This document shows, one piece after another, positions 42,649-56,648 of a DNA stretch of 64,000 nucleotides (its first letter is position 1; each line of letters starts with the position of its first letter). The stretch comes from Geosiphon pyriformis uo1. Its lineage: Eukaryota > Fungi > Glomeromycota. A program made the translations under genes and the position numbers. The DNA is taken from the NCBI GenBank assembly GCA_016748015.1, contig JAAOMT010000161.1:30077-94076 (forward strand), in the 5' to 3' direction. The notes beneath the pieces were generated by a model that worked only from the letters and a program-made list of their open reading frames with translations, was not told the origin of the DNA and did not search any database.

Positions 42649-44925
42649 AAGTACATTTATTCTTTTTTTATATGAATTTATTATTAATTTTATTAGTTAT
42701 AACTTAATTTTTTTTGACAGTTTTTTGCTATTATCCTTAATAATGCCATAAAATAATAGTACTTTCATAAAAGAATTAGCAAAAAAATTAGAAAAAAAAA
42801 ACATTCAATAGAATTCAAAAAATTTTTGATTTTAATACTTTAATTATATTCTAAATTTGGCAGTACAGACAGCTTTAGATAAAATAAAAAATAATGTTTC
42901 CAAAATATTTGTTAAAAATTCAAACCAAATATATTTACCTGAAATTTTCTTAATATAAACTTTATATAAATTAAAGATTAGAGAACTTAACTTTGCAATT
43001 TATACTTCACTTCAATATTTTGAGCTTCTTGAACACATTTGTAATACATGTTAAATTAAATACCATAAACTTATTTTAGATTGTCTTATCTGGTAAAATT
43101 TTACTTATAACATAGTCAGAAATAAATTATCTTTTAAATTAGCAAGTTGTTTATTTCTAATTTATATATTTTGAATACAAAAATTCTAACTGTAAATTTA
43201 TAGACATTAAACACCCTTTTTAGCACTCATATTAATCTTTATCAATATGCTATTTTATATAATCAGTGGCTGTTTTTGATAAAATTGCTAAATTTCTTAA
43301 ATTATTTAAAAATATTATGATTAAAATATTAGTCAGTTAAAATAATACTGTTTTTTTAATTATTTTTTTTTTTAATATCATTTTTAATTATGTCAAAGAC
43401 ATAATTAATAATAATAAATTTGGTAAAAAATTATAATTTCAATTGTATTTATTTAGTTATTTATTTAACATATTTAATATTAGATTTATTACTTGTTATA
43501 GTAATTAGAGCAGTAAAAGGAAAGTTGGTTAAATATTACTTTAAAACAAATACAACTGTAATGCTCTGTACTGTATTAAATCCAAGGAAAAAATTCTATT
43601 ATTTTATAAAAAGAAAATTTTCAGATAATAATATTAATAAAACAAAAGAATTATAAGTTATTAATTTATTCAAATAGTTTTATTTTCTAATTTTTACATG
43701 ATAAATAAACTTTTAAAATACATACTTTTTTTGAAATAAAGTACACACTAGACATTATATTAACATCAAATAACAGTTTTTTGTTGAATGACAATTTTAA
43801 TAATACTATAACATTAGTTATACAATTCATATTAAAGACAGACTTTGACAATAACAAGGAAAAAAAACTTGATAAAATTGATTGTTATATCTCTGAAAAG
43901 ATGGCCAATAAAAAAATAAATATAATAGTATAGTGAAAGGTATATTATAAAAAATATTTATTTAAATTAACATTTTATTAATAATTTAATATTTAGGTAC
44001 ATTAAACACAATTTTTTTATCTTATATATATAACTCATAATTATTTGGCAATCCAAAGATTATCTGTTGTTTCTGAATGCACTTTTTTTGTAAGTAAAAA
44101 TATGATTACAGATATAAGATCTCATTTAGTGTCTAAAATTATAAAAGCAGTACAGTGTCTTTAATTATAGATGTAAAAACTATTGAAAAGAAAATTAAAT
44201 AATAATATAGTATAATATAATGTTTTTAATAGTCAAACTTAAACATATTCATGAACTTCAAACTAAACTTAAACCAGATTTGTTATATGTATTTGGTTTT
44301 AGTTTAAGTTCAGTAATTTTAAGTCTGGTTCAAGTTTAAGTTTAAAATTTTGCCAAATCTTCTATTTAAGTTTGGTTCAGTTTGGTAATTTAATTAAATT
44401 TGAATTGAATTGAACTGAACATTAGAACTCTATTATATATAAACTAAAAAACAGCTTTAATATAAGCCAATTTGATCTTAAAAGTAGTACCAGACACCAA
44501 AGTAAAGACTACTCATCCAACAAACTTTTAATAATTAGAAATAAATTTTCAAGCATTACTAGTAACAGCACCAAAAACCAAAAAAGAAATTGAATCAGTT
44601 TTTATCTAATTAATCCAGTTTTTAAGAACAAATAATCCAACAAAAAACTATTGTTTTGTTTTTAAAACCAGTAATAATCTGTTAAAAGACACTATATTTA
44701 ATAATATAACTAGTAATTAATCTTGGTTTATCTTAGATAATAGACCAAATAATACAACAGAGATTTCTTATAAAATTTTATTAAGAATCACAAAAAGTTC
44801 AGTATAATAATAGCAAAAACAAATAAATATTTCCATTTTTTTGAGTTTTTGGTCTTTTTAACTATTTTTTTTAAAAAAATAGTATTAAAAACACCAAATA
44901 TAAAAGCTATAGAAGAGAAAACCAG

Positions 44926-45900
44926 TGTTACCAGTAGAATTTTAGCTATTAATTAGCATGAAATTATTCTTATAATTCCTATTATTAATTAGCATATATT
45001 ATTATAAATTCGATTATTACTTATTATTTAGCCAAATTATCAAATATTATCATTTAATTGATAACTCGATTTGTACCATAGAAATTAAAATAATCAAATT
45101 ACACAATACTTTAAACCATTTAATATAGTTAAAATTCGCCGATATTGATGAAAATTGGCCGAAATAATCAATGGTTTGTAGAAATAACTTATAGTTTACC
45201 AAAATATATCTTTAGTTCACCAAAATTAAAGCAAAGAGAAAAGTACAAATTCAAAGACTAATACTACAATAAGTTGTATAAAAAAAGAGCTTCTCTCTTT
45301 AAGAAAATGTATCTTTTTATAGTATCTTACCATAATATCTTATTTTAAATATTTTAATTAGAACAAATTACTTTTTACACATTCAAATAAAAATTAAATA
45401 TTTAAAAAACTAAATTCTTTGATTATTGCACTTAAAATTCTCTCAAAACACAACTAATATTTTGAAATTAATTAACTACCAATTTCAGTAATCTGTTAAT
45501 GACTCCAGGCCTGAATAGAAAACGTTTTCCTTAACACAATTTAATTTCTTTTACATTTTTTTTATTTTTTTTTTATTTTTTTATTATTATTATTAAGACA
45601 ACTTACAAATGAGATTTTTGTAGAAGAGTTAACTTTCACAGCAAAGTAACTACACATTTTTAGTAAGCTTCCAGACAAGCAATTTCTGGGAAAAAGTTGA
45701 CATTTACTACAATATAACTATATAAAGTAACTGGCAAGGAATTGGCCATTCCACTAATAAGCCTAGCAGTTCAAATTATAGGAGATAATTTGAAGATAAA
45801 TTCAGTTATTAGAGGTTCAACTGCTTCTAGAAAACGTGAAATTAGCAACTGACAAACATTAATAACATTTAAGAAAAGAGATTAAAAACCTTCAATAACA
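44926..45900 (+). mobile_element. Solo LTR of the same gypsy family
   Basis: TGTTACCAGTAG...AATAACA; perfect 4-bp TSD CCAG (44922-44925 / 45901-45904); no PBS after it. Confidence 0.95.
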
Positions 45901-46229
45901 CCAGTTTGTTGACTAGTCTGTTATTAAAAATTTTTGGGCTTCTGAAAAAAAATAAAAACAACATTAGAATTAATTAAAATGTGTTTTTTAAGAAAACTTT
46001 AACTGATAAAACACTAGTTAAAGATAAAAAAAATGTTTTAGTGATTACTAAAAACAGTTTTTTATTATTTTTAGCCAAAAAAAAAGCTTCTAAAACATTT
46101 TGTCTAATTGCTTTTACAACAGAAAGAACTTTTCTGGTTGAAGTTTTGTAAAATACCAAAAAATACCAGTTGTAGCTTTTTTACTCTTTCTTTTGGTTAT
46201 AATTATAAAATTAAGAACACAAAAAATTG

Positions 46230-48180
46230 CTTAACTTTTATAATTTTTAATTATAATTATTAATAAAATATTAATTTTTATTTATTATTATTTATTTTTT
46301 TTGTTTGTTTTGTTTATTAATTAATTAAAAAAAAGTATTAAAATTATAGCATTAAAAATTGTATGGTAATAAATACAAAAATAAATATAGAATTGATTTA
46401 TTAAATTATTAACCAAAAAAAAAACCATTAAAATAAACTGATTATAATTTTAAATTAAATTCTTTAAAATTTAAAATTTCTAATTTGGCTGTTTTAATTA
46501 AGTTTGTTATTAATTTAATTGGTTTTTTGGTTACTTTGGTTTTTTTTTTGGCTAAAAATATGTACAAAAATTTTGAAGTAAAAAAAAAAAATTATTATAA
46601 AATATATTATTAAGAATTTTACTAGTTTTTTGACTAATCTGTTTAAAACTTTGCTAATTTTAAGGCTAAAATAGATTTTAATATCATAGATAAAAATAAT
46701 ATAAGTGTTTTTAAGACATTTTTTTTAAATAATAAAATTATTAATTATTTAGTAATTTTATGATAAATAAGTAATTCTAATATTAAGTATAATATTAAAA
46801 AAATCAAATTGTTTTTAAATAAATTTATTTTTAATAATCGAAATTTAAATAATTTTATTATTAAATTTTGTAAATTGGATTTTTTTTTTAATTTTTTTTA
46901 ATTTAGTTTAATTTGTGTTTTAATTAACTTAAGTAGTTAAATATATATAAAAAATATGTAAATTGTAGTTATTTGTAAGATTTTAAAATTTTATGTTATA
47001 GTTAATAATTAAATTATACATTATTAAAACATAAAAAAATTGTTATATAATTATAATTAATTATATTTAATATAAAATATATTTGTTATATTCGTAATTT
47101 TATTTTAATAACAAAATATTTAATGTATAGTTATTTTTAATTTTTTTAAATATGTAAATTCAACTATTATTAATATAATATATTAATTAAATAGTTTAAA
47201 TTAAATATAATTTACATATTTTTTACATATAATTAAACATAAAATTAGTTTAAGTTAAATTATATTAAGTTTAAAAAAAATTTATTCTAAAAAAACCTTA
47301 CAATAATATTACTTAATTATAAATTAGTTTTATTTGTATTTAATTTAACACTAATTATTAATACTTTTAAAATTCCAATAATTAAGTATAAATATTTTTA
47401 TTAAAAGTATTGTTAAAACTTTCTATAAAATTAATTATAATAATAATACTATTTATATAAAAAACAAAGAAATAATAATAGTATAAAAATAGCTAATAGC
47501 AAAATAAAAAATTATTTAAACATATAATATTAAGAATTTTAATAATAATTTAAAAGAATTATAAAATTTTAGAAATTTTGTATTATGAAAATTTATGTAT
47601 ATATAACAAAAATATTAGAAATTAAAAAAAATATTTGAAAATTAAATAAGCTTATTTTAAGATTAATTTGATTTTTATTATTACTTTAATTAAATTATAA
47701 TTAATTTAATAAAAATATTAATTAAAATATATTTAATATTATTTATTAATAATCTTAACCTATTTTATTAAAATTCAAATACTCTTATATTTGATACTAT
47801 TAGTATTAAATTTATTAATTTAACAATATTAGAACAATAATTTTTAATTCCAGTTATTGATAAAACATTAACTTTTATTTTTATTTATTATTTGCTTTTT
47901 GTGGTTTTATTGTTTTACTAATTAATTAAAAAACAAATGCTAAAATTACAATATTAAGAATTGTTTAATAAAAATGCTAAAAAAAACATAAATATAGTTA
48001 TAAAAACTAGAATTATTTACCAAAAGAATGTAAACACCAAAATAAACTAATTATTAAGCTAAAAAAAATTCATATTAATTGTTAATTACAATTACATTAA
48101 ATTTCTGTTTATTATAAAAAAAACTTTTATTATTAAAATCTTCAGAAAACTTTTAGAATATAATTATTAAAAAACTAAAT
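46230..48180. repeat. Mosaic of highly decayed repeats, including 3' fragments of the HAL1-like family (about 46440-47040 on +, about 47140-47400 on -)
   Basis: KLNSLK.KISNLAVLIKFVI-like frame matches 20960-21030; 46260-46440 resembles 47860-48060. Confidence 0.45.
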
Positions 48181-48183
48181 ATA

Positions 48184-49985
48184 TTTTTTTTTAATTTAAT
48201 GAGTAAGATCCAAACACTGCCTAGTATAATATATCATACAAGTAATCTAAACTAGGTGTAAATCATGTATTTTCTATACGTGACCAGTTACTTAGGCTAA
48301 TCAGGACAACACTAAGTACTTATATGCACCGAAACTATGTCACTTAAACCAGAAAAGAATAAACAAGATTTATGAAACCCAAAACAAATACCAAATGTGT
48401 CTGCAATACCTAACAACCTAACCATGCCGGCTGAAAGCACCAAAGAAAGACCAAAGACAGAAACAAGAACAGAATCATCACATGGGATCATGCTATCTTT
48501 CTTCATAACTGCTCGGTGCTTAGCACATACTAGCCAAACATCATTATGAAACACAAGACAAAATTCATGCACAAAGGCCATGACATTCTGAACTGCAATC
48601 TTAGAGTCTTTAAAAACAGCAATAAACTCATAATACCACTCCTTAAAAACAAAGCTCTTACACAGAGCTATACCAACACCAACATTGGAGAAGCAAGTAG
48701 AAAACAACTGCGAAACACATAAAGAAGAGCAAAATAAGCCTAAGCATGCCTTCCAAGCAGATGCATGAATCTCTACCAACCGAGCACAACCAGCAGCATC
48801 AAATGGACAAGAAAACACATGGTCCGAAACCTCAACATCACCACAGAATAGACATATTACACTGGAGTAACTCCTATTATAAAGACACTTATGTACAGCA
48901 ACCAGAAGATAATGATGCAATGTCTTTATAAAATATGTCTGCAAGCCAGCAGTCTGAGCACTAGTGAAATCAGCAGCCAAATAAAAATCTGGATGCCACA
49001 CCAAAGATAATTTAAACCAATTAACATTAGCATGCAGACTATTCACCAAGACTTGGGACCTGGAACCAACCTCCAGTATGCACAGTAAACAGATTAGAAA
49101 ACGTCATGAACAAAATGCCTAGAATTGCTGGACACTGTAGTACCACCAGCCTTAAGAAAATGTTCATTAATTATGTGAAGAAGACACATATTAGAGAATG
49201 CAGCAGTTCCAGCGAGAGCATCAGCATGCTTATTTTCCAAAACACCAAAATGATCTTTAACTTTAACCCAATTAACATTCAAATTTTTGCATCAGATAAC
49301 ATCAGTAATATGACAATGCTTAATCCAACACCGATTCCTGAAATCCAGACGAGTCAATAAGGATTCTGACTTGTACGTATTCAAAGCAGTCTGGCTGTTC
49401 AAAAACAAGTCAACTGAATGAGAAAAAGGAACACACTCAAAAGCCAGAGCAATGACCTGCAATTTCGCCATTGTAGAAGAAACTAACCCAGAAACTTCCA
49501 CACCCAAACCCAAATTAATGTCCTTAAAAAAAACAGCAGCACCAGCTTTCATATCAAGAGTACCCAGCCCATTCAGAGAACCATCCATAAACAAAAAAAG
49601 ACAACCAAAATTAACTCTCAACAGACGATTGCACATAACTTCAAACTCATGAGACTCAAGAATGTTGGATGAACCATTGCATAGCAACAGAGAATTGCAA
49701 ACAGAAGGTGATCCAGATTCATTCAGATAGTAAACAAAAATGTCAAATCAATGAAGAACTGGGCCCCGAGGATCCAATCTTTTCTACTGCTTGAAAGTCT
49801 TCTATTTGAAAACAGAACCAGTATGACTGTAAAACTGTTCAACAAAGGCAATCTCATAATGCTGAAGTAAAGAAACACAATTATAAAAGGTGGGCTCACT
49901 AAGAACGACAGACATAGGGGTTCCACTTGGGAAATAAAAAGCATTGATCACAAAACCACTTAGAGAAAAGTTGTACTCCACTAAA
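48184..49985 (-). mobile_element. 5'-truncated LINE copy C (RNase H, CCHC, 3'UTR, poly-A)
   Basis: ORFs 49292-49687, 49094-49282 and 48312-49049 match the 3' end of ORF2; T-tract at 48184-48192. Confidence 0.92.
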
Positions 49986-49989
49986 TATT

Positions 49990-51238
49990 AAGTTATAAAA
50001 CTAACTAATTTTAATTAAAAAATTTACTTATAACACTATATTTAATTTTAACTATTTTTAGTTAAAGCTTTATTAAAAATAAATATTTTACTTTAAATAA
50101 TAGCAATTATATAAAAAAAGTATTTAAAAAAATAGTAATTAAAATAATTAAAACACTAATTAATTTAATAATAGACTTAATTATTAAAGCCAAAATACTT
50201 AATTCAAATTTTAAAAAAGTTAAACAAAAACCAATTAAAGAATTAATAATAACAACAACAATAGTTAAAAATTAATAACAAAAAAATTCAAAAAACAAAA
50301 ACAAAATTTATAACATAAAATTTAATTTTAACAAAATACAATTTAAAAATTTTGAAAAAACAATAAATTAAAACAGAAATTTAAGAAAAAAAAATCTTTT
50401 TTTGTTTATTAAAATTAACTAATATATTAAAGCAATTATAGTTATATTAAAAGTCTTAAAATAAATAATAGTATATTGTTAACTACTAATAAACTTTAAC
50501 AAAAACTTTGAGAATTTTATTATAAATATTAAGAACTATTTTAATATTAACTATAATCATATTTAAAAACATATTATATAAAACAATAACAAAGAAAAAA
50601 ACTTAAATATTATCATAAATTTAGCAATTTTGAATAAAAAAAATAAAATTAACAAATTTAGTTTAAAATATAATATTCAAAAAAAGCTTAAAAAGCAAAT
50701 TTCATAAAAAAAAGTTTTATATTGTTTTTAAACACAGACTTAATATTAATAAAACTATATATAAATTAAAATATAATTTTAATCTTAAAAAAAACATTAA
50801 ACATTAAAGTAAAAACTATTTATTTAATAAATTTTTAATAGTTAATAATTGTTTTTTAAATATTACTAAAAACAACATAAAAAAACAGAAAAGATAGTTA
50901 ATTTAGTTTTTATTTAATTAGTTTAATTTTTAAAAAATAATTTAATAAATTAATTAATTAAAACATATTTAAAAATATGTCTTGTTTTGTTTTTAAAATT
51001 GGCAATAATTTGTTAAAAAATATTATATTTAATAACATGATTAGTAATTAATCTTGATTTATTTTAAAAAATATATTATTGTTAATATTATTTATATTAA
51101 AAAAAAATTAATTATTATTATGAAAATTTTATCTAAAATTTTATTTAAAATTACAATAAAATTCAATATAATAATAACAATAAATATAAATAACTATTAT
51201 TGTTTTTTAAAGTTTTAGTTTTTTTGACTATTTGCAAC

Positions 51239-51310
<72 letters not shown>

Positions 51311-51600
51311 GTAATAGTAAAAACAAAAAAAACAAGTTTGTTAATTAGTTTATTATTAAATACTTTAAAACTTTTAAAAAAACTTTAACTGAAAATGATC
51401 TATTAGCCAAAAATAAAAAAATTTATATTAAAAATAGTTTTTACTATTAATATTTAAAAAATATTTTTTTAAAATATTTTGTTTAATAATTTCTATAATA
51501 AAAAATAATTTTTTTATTGGAATTTTATTAATTATAATAAAAAAATATAATTACAACTTTTTTATTTTTGCTTTGGTTATAATCATAAAATAAAAAAAAA
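49990..51600 (-). mobile_element. Heavily decayed HAL1-like ORF1 copy
   Basis: Reverse-complement match to 19400-21200 and 51840-53500. Confidence 0.65.
51239..51318. repeat. (AAT)n microsatellite
   Basis: Perfect run of more than 20 units. Confidence 0.95.
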
Positions 51601-51839
51601 TTACAATATTATAATAATAATAACATATAAAAAAATTATTAAAATAATACAAAAAATATTTATTAATCAATTTATAAATTTTTTTAATTTGTTATAATTA
51701 AAAATATATAAATTAATTTTTTGTTCTTTATATAAAAAATAGAAGTTTTTATTTTTTTATAATTATAATAATATATTTTTTATAATAATTAATAAATTTT
51801 TAACAAAAAAAAGTTTTTTTGTTATTAAAATAATTAAAC

Positions 51840-53800
51840 AAAATGTTTTAATAATGTTTTTTTTTAAATATTAATAGTAAAAAGTGGTTTTTAACAGTTT
51901 TTAAAGCATTTTTTTTACTTTTAACTAATAGTTTTTTTAATTAAAGTTTTTTTTAAGAAATACATTAAAATTAATTTTAATATTGTTTTTATTCTTTTTA
52001 AAAATTCTAAAGTTTTTAACAATAAGCTAGTTAATAAACTGGTTTTTTTTGTTTTTATTATTATTTTTAATATTATTATTTTATAAATAGCCAAAAAACC
52101 AAAAACTTCAAAAAATAGCAATAATTATTTGTATTTACTATTATTATACCAAATTTTTTTGTGGTTCTAAATAAATTTTAAATAAAATTTTCATGGCAAT
52201 AATTAGTTTTTTTCTTAATATAAATAATAATAACAATAATATATTATTTAAAATAAGCCAAAATTAACTATTGGCTGTATTATTATTAATTTTAAAAACA
52301 CAACAAAGCATGTTTTTAGATGTATTTTTAATCAATTAATTTATTAAATTATCTGATTTTAGAAATTAAACCAACCAAATAAAAATTGAATTGATTTTTT
52401 CTTCTTTGTTTTTTGGTATTTTTTTTAATAATATTTGAAAATCAATTTTTAGTTATTAAAAATTTTTTAAATAGATGGTTTTTATTTTGGTATTTAGTAC
52501 TATATTTAAAATTAAATTCACTTTAATTAATTTTTTGTTTAAATTAATATTTGGTTTTGTTGAACTTAAATTAGATTTAAAGAACAATATTAAATTGTTT
52601 TATATAAAGTTTGTTTTTAAGATTTTTTAATTGCTTAAAATTTTTATTGGTATTTTTTTTTGATTATATTTAGATTACAAAGTTTTTTTTAATAATTTTT
52701 GCTTCTTTTTTGTTATATTTTATGATGTTTTTTTTATATATATTATTAATAATATTAAAAATATTTTTGGTGTTTTTAGTATTGTTATTTGATTAAGTTA
52801 AAACTTAATAATTTGTAATAATATATTGTTTATTTTAAAAACTTTTTTTTTGTTGCTGCTGTTTTTGCCAATTAGTCTGTATTGGTTAAAAAAAATAATA
52901 TTAGAATTTTTTTTGCTTAACCAAAAAAAATTAATATTTTAAAAGATACTTTTAAGACCAAATTAATCAATTTTTTTTTGGTTATATTATTTTTAAAATT
53001 AGTAATTTGATTTTTTAAATTAATAATCATACATGTTTTATTTTTTACTTTTTTGATTTTTATTATTAATAATATTTTATTATTATAATATTTAAATTTT
53101 TAAAGATTTTAAATTCAATTATTGTAAAAACTAATATTTTAAATAAATATTATATTTGGTAAAAAACTTTTAAATATTAATATTATTATAAATATTAAAG
53201 TTTAGATTATTTAACTTTAAATTATAAAGTATTTTTATCTTTTATTTTTAAGTTTTTTTTTAAGTTTATTAGTAATTTTAAGTTTTTTAATTTATTTTTT
53301 ATTAATAAAAAGTTGTATATTAATATTTTTACTTTTCTGACTTTTTTTTTTATTGTTTTTTTTGTTTTACTAATTAGTTATTTGATTATTTTAATTATTA
53401 TTTTGTTAAATATTCTTTTAATTTTATATATAGAGCTTAAAAATATAATTAATATTATTTAAAGTAAAGTATTAATTTTTAATAAAACTGTAAATAAATT
53501 TTTCTAAATATAACTTAAGTTAAAGTTGAGTATAGTTTTAATATTAATTAAATAAAAAATTGTGATAAATTTTTAAATAATATTATTTATACTAGATTAA
53601 TTACTTTCTAAAAACATTAATTAATTAGTATTAAGTTTAATTCTTAAATAATTAAGTAAAATTATTTTAAATAGTAGTTTTTTGGTTGTAATTTTACATA
53701 AAATGCTTTTTAAAATAAGTTTTTTTTTATAAATTCAATATAAGTTAATTTAAACTAGACTTTATATTTGATTACATATATTAAAATAAAAAAAAAGTAT
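51840..53800 (+). mobile_element. Heavily decayed HAL1-like ORF1 copy with A-tail
   Basis: Collinear with 19490-21420; ends in an A run near 53797 with no ORF2. Confidence 0.65.
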
Positions 53801-54617
53801 ATAACAAAAAATATTATATATTAAGAATAACTTATATGTAACCAATCAATTTTTAATAATAATTGTTTATTAAAATCATAGTTTTTAATATTTCATGTTT
53901 GGATAACATAAAATTTTACATTTTTGTTTGTCATTATAAAAATCCAAAAGAAAGATTGCTTAATATAGTTAAAAAATTTATTAAGAAAATTTCTTTAACT
54001 GTTTTTATTACTTAGGAGAAATATGTATTAAACATAAAACAGTTTCCAAAATATCTTTTATATGTTCACAAAGTTTATATTTAATGTTTTCAACTTTTTT
54101 CTCTTTTAAATCTTGAACACTACTATCAAGACTTAGCTTACTAGCAGAAGAATTTTTAAATTTTTCGATTCAAATCATATTGGTAAAAACCAGTTACGAT
54201 GCTTTTTTTGCTTGCTTGCGGTTTGATGTTTGTTAAAACGGCAAGTAAAAACCATCACCATGAAGTTTGCAGAAACTAAATTGTGCTCATATGTTTGAAA
54301 CCAAAGACTACTGATTTTTGTCTAATTCTTTTCTTAAAACTTCAAGTAAACTGCTCACATTAAAAAGAAGACTAACTTTTTTTCAGGAGTGAGGTTTAAA
54401 AAATACTCGTTAGGGAGGGCCCGTTTTTTGTTAACAGTGAAGTCTAAGAGGTTATAATAAAGGTGATATGAAAGTCCAATACAGTAATTTTTATTTTAAC
54501 TTATCAAACCTGTTTTAAATTAATTAGTGATTAATACGTAATTAAATTTTTCGATAGTAATATGCGTCACGCGTTTAATTATTAGTGATTTTTCGTCTCG
54601 GTCACGAAGTTGGCATA

Positions 54618-56648
54618 ATGGAACCCAAACATGAAGATTCCAAAGAAATCTCTTTAGAGATTTTACCCAACACAAATGAGGCTATAACAAACACATCCTC
54701 CATCTTCCCGGTACCCATTCAACAACGCCGTTCAAAACGCCACTTAAATTCCCAAGTCATAATCCCACCTCAAAGTCACGATACGACTGCTTCTCAGATA
54801 CTAGCACCGTCCAGTTCTATCGAGTCTAATAAGTCCTTAAACTTACTTGAAAAAGAAAAACTCTCAACAACCAGAATGAACAAGCGGTTAAAAACTCATG
54901 ACCCCGAGTGTGATAATTTGCTTGAAAAGGAATCCTGCAATATCCAAGTTTCGACTGCACTTATAACAAAAGAACGCGACGAAACATTTTTTAAAAATTT
55001 TCGACTGCGCCGTATTGTTAAGGAAAACCATGGACATGATATTAATGAGCTAGCGTTCTTTTTTAATCCAAGACATTTTGATGCACCTGTCGGTCCTGAA
55101 TATCTCAAAAAATTCAATAAACAAGGCCACATTGTGCGCCAGGTTGAGGATACAAGTAATATATTAGCAACTGTCGGGGATATACAGGTAGTACGAATTT
55201 ACGTGTGTACAATTGAGAACGGGATAAAGTTGAGAAAAGTTAATCCTTTAAATGATCAAAAAAAGGCAAATATTTATGATAATGAGCATTGTGGTGACCA
55301 TTTGGATATAATGTCGAATTTCTCACTAGAAGAGGAAGCAGGGAAAAATCTTAAGGACTTGGTGAGTAACTCATCTTTATTACGGAGTTATTTTTTATTT
55401 TTAACAATTTATGACCTTATATTTCATTTTTTGAATTGTAAAGGAATTGCTTACTTGTTGTTGGCTTCATAGACCGGATGACGCATTGTTGGCTGTAGCT
55501 GGGAAATCAAAGATTATATATATTCTTAGCCTTACAACTTCAAGAACTTTAAAAGAATTATCCGGTCATGCCGGTATTTTATATTACTAAATTTTTCTAT
55601 GAATATCTGTTATTCTCTTTTAAGGCCAATTTTCTTTTAGATGCGATCACAGATCTTAAAAAGTACCCTCAAGATGAGCAGCATTTGTTGTCCGCATCAA
55701 GGGATGGTACCGTCGCTCTCTGGAAGGTTGATAGTGGGGAATGTTTGTACATATTTGAAACCGATGCGTCCGTAATAGTGGGTGATCAACTATAATCCAA
55801 TTGATATTTGAGCCAACAATCTACCCTCTAACATTTTAACTCTCCGGCTCTTTCGAGTGTTGGCAACCATCCGGAGTTGTCTTTCTGACGGGAGGGTATA
55901 ATGGTGAAATTCGCTTATGGGTCACGCCGGATTTGTCTCCACGGTTAGAACATAAAAGGAATTTTAAGGAAAAAGAATTGGTAATCAATATGAAAAAATT
56001 TCATAACGAAGCCATAGGTATGCGATGGTGATATTTAATGACCGGTCATGCTAATAGAAAGCCCATTAGAGCTTAATTTCAAAATAAGTTTTTAAATAAT
56101 CTCCCTGATTAAAACAACTAGATTGCATTCGTTTTGTTAATGAAGGTGTATTATCAAAATCGGTGGATGGTAAATTAGAGTATTGGAATCCAGAAACAAT
56201 GCACCTTCATAAATCGTATACCATCAAGAACGGGTCAAATAATCGATCAAAATTTGATGTGAGGTCAGTTCCCAATTCCCTTTTATAATGGAGTAGTTTG
56301 GTTTTATGATTTTACAATAGTCTATTCATTTTCCTTATAATTAGTCTTGACGATCGTTTCTTTTGTGTGGGAACAAACAATGGTAGTATCTGTATATATA
56401 ATATAATGACGGGGAAACTTGTTACAGAATTAAGACATCGGCGCTCAATGAAAGCGATAAGGTGTTGTGCATTCACGCGGGACTGCAGGTATGTAAACTA
56501 TGATTTCATTCGATTCTCTTTTTGAAGCATTTTATTAATTTCATTCAGACAAATTATTGTGGCTGGTGAGGAATCTTATATTTGGCGGTATGACTATGTA
56601 AACGATGAAACACTGAAAGAGTGGGAAAAGTGGACGTCTTCAGATTAA
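54618..56648 (+). CDS. EED/ESC/FIE-like WD40-repeat protein, multi-exon
   Basis: Spliced product parallels EED blade by blade: KENHGH, LATVG, ELLTCCW, LLAVAG, GHADAITDLK.YPQD..HLLSASRD, HNEAIDCIRF..VLSKSVD, VGTNNG, IRCCAFTRD..IWRYD; stop TAA at 56646-56648. Confidence 0.85.

Larger units (their letters stand above)
31302..44432 (+). mobile_element. Decayed hAT DNA transposon interrupted by gypsy copy 2
   Basis: TIRs TAGGATTCTAAT / ATTAGAACTCTA; 8-bp TSD CCATATAT (31294-31301) / TTATATAT (44433-44440); subterminal GAACTGAAC-type repeats. Transposase relics: SITIHYI (~32355), LILDCLIW*NFTY (from DxxTRWNSTY, ~43070), VLNPRKKF (~43575), YLAIQ..SVVSE..F dimerisation motif (~44040-44160). Confidence 0.88.
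22976..46220 (-). mobile_element. ORF1-only (HAL1-like) host element split into pieces 22976-23005, 29865-31301, 44433-44925 and 45901-46220
   Basis: Pieces rejoin across the TSDs (TFKIKLAYIKAVF..|IYGFLATKS..). ORF1-like YWSVLLDKNSIRI matches LINE ORF1 KWSVLMGKDSVR. The 3' end GACCATACTCATTAAACA(TAA)n mirrors the LINE 3' end. Confidence 0.8.
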
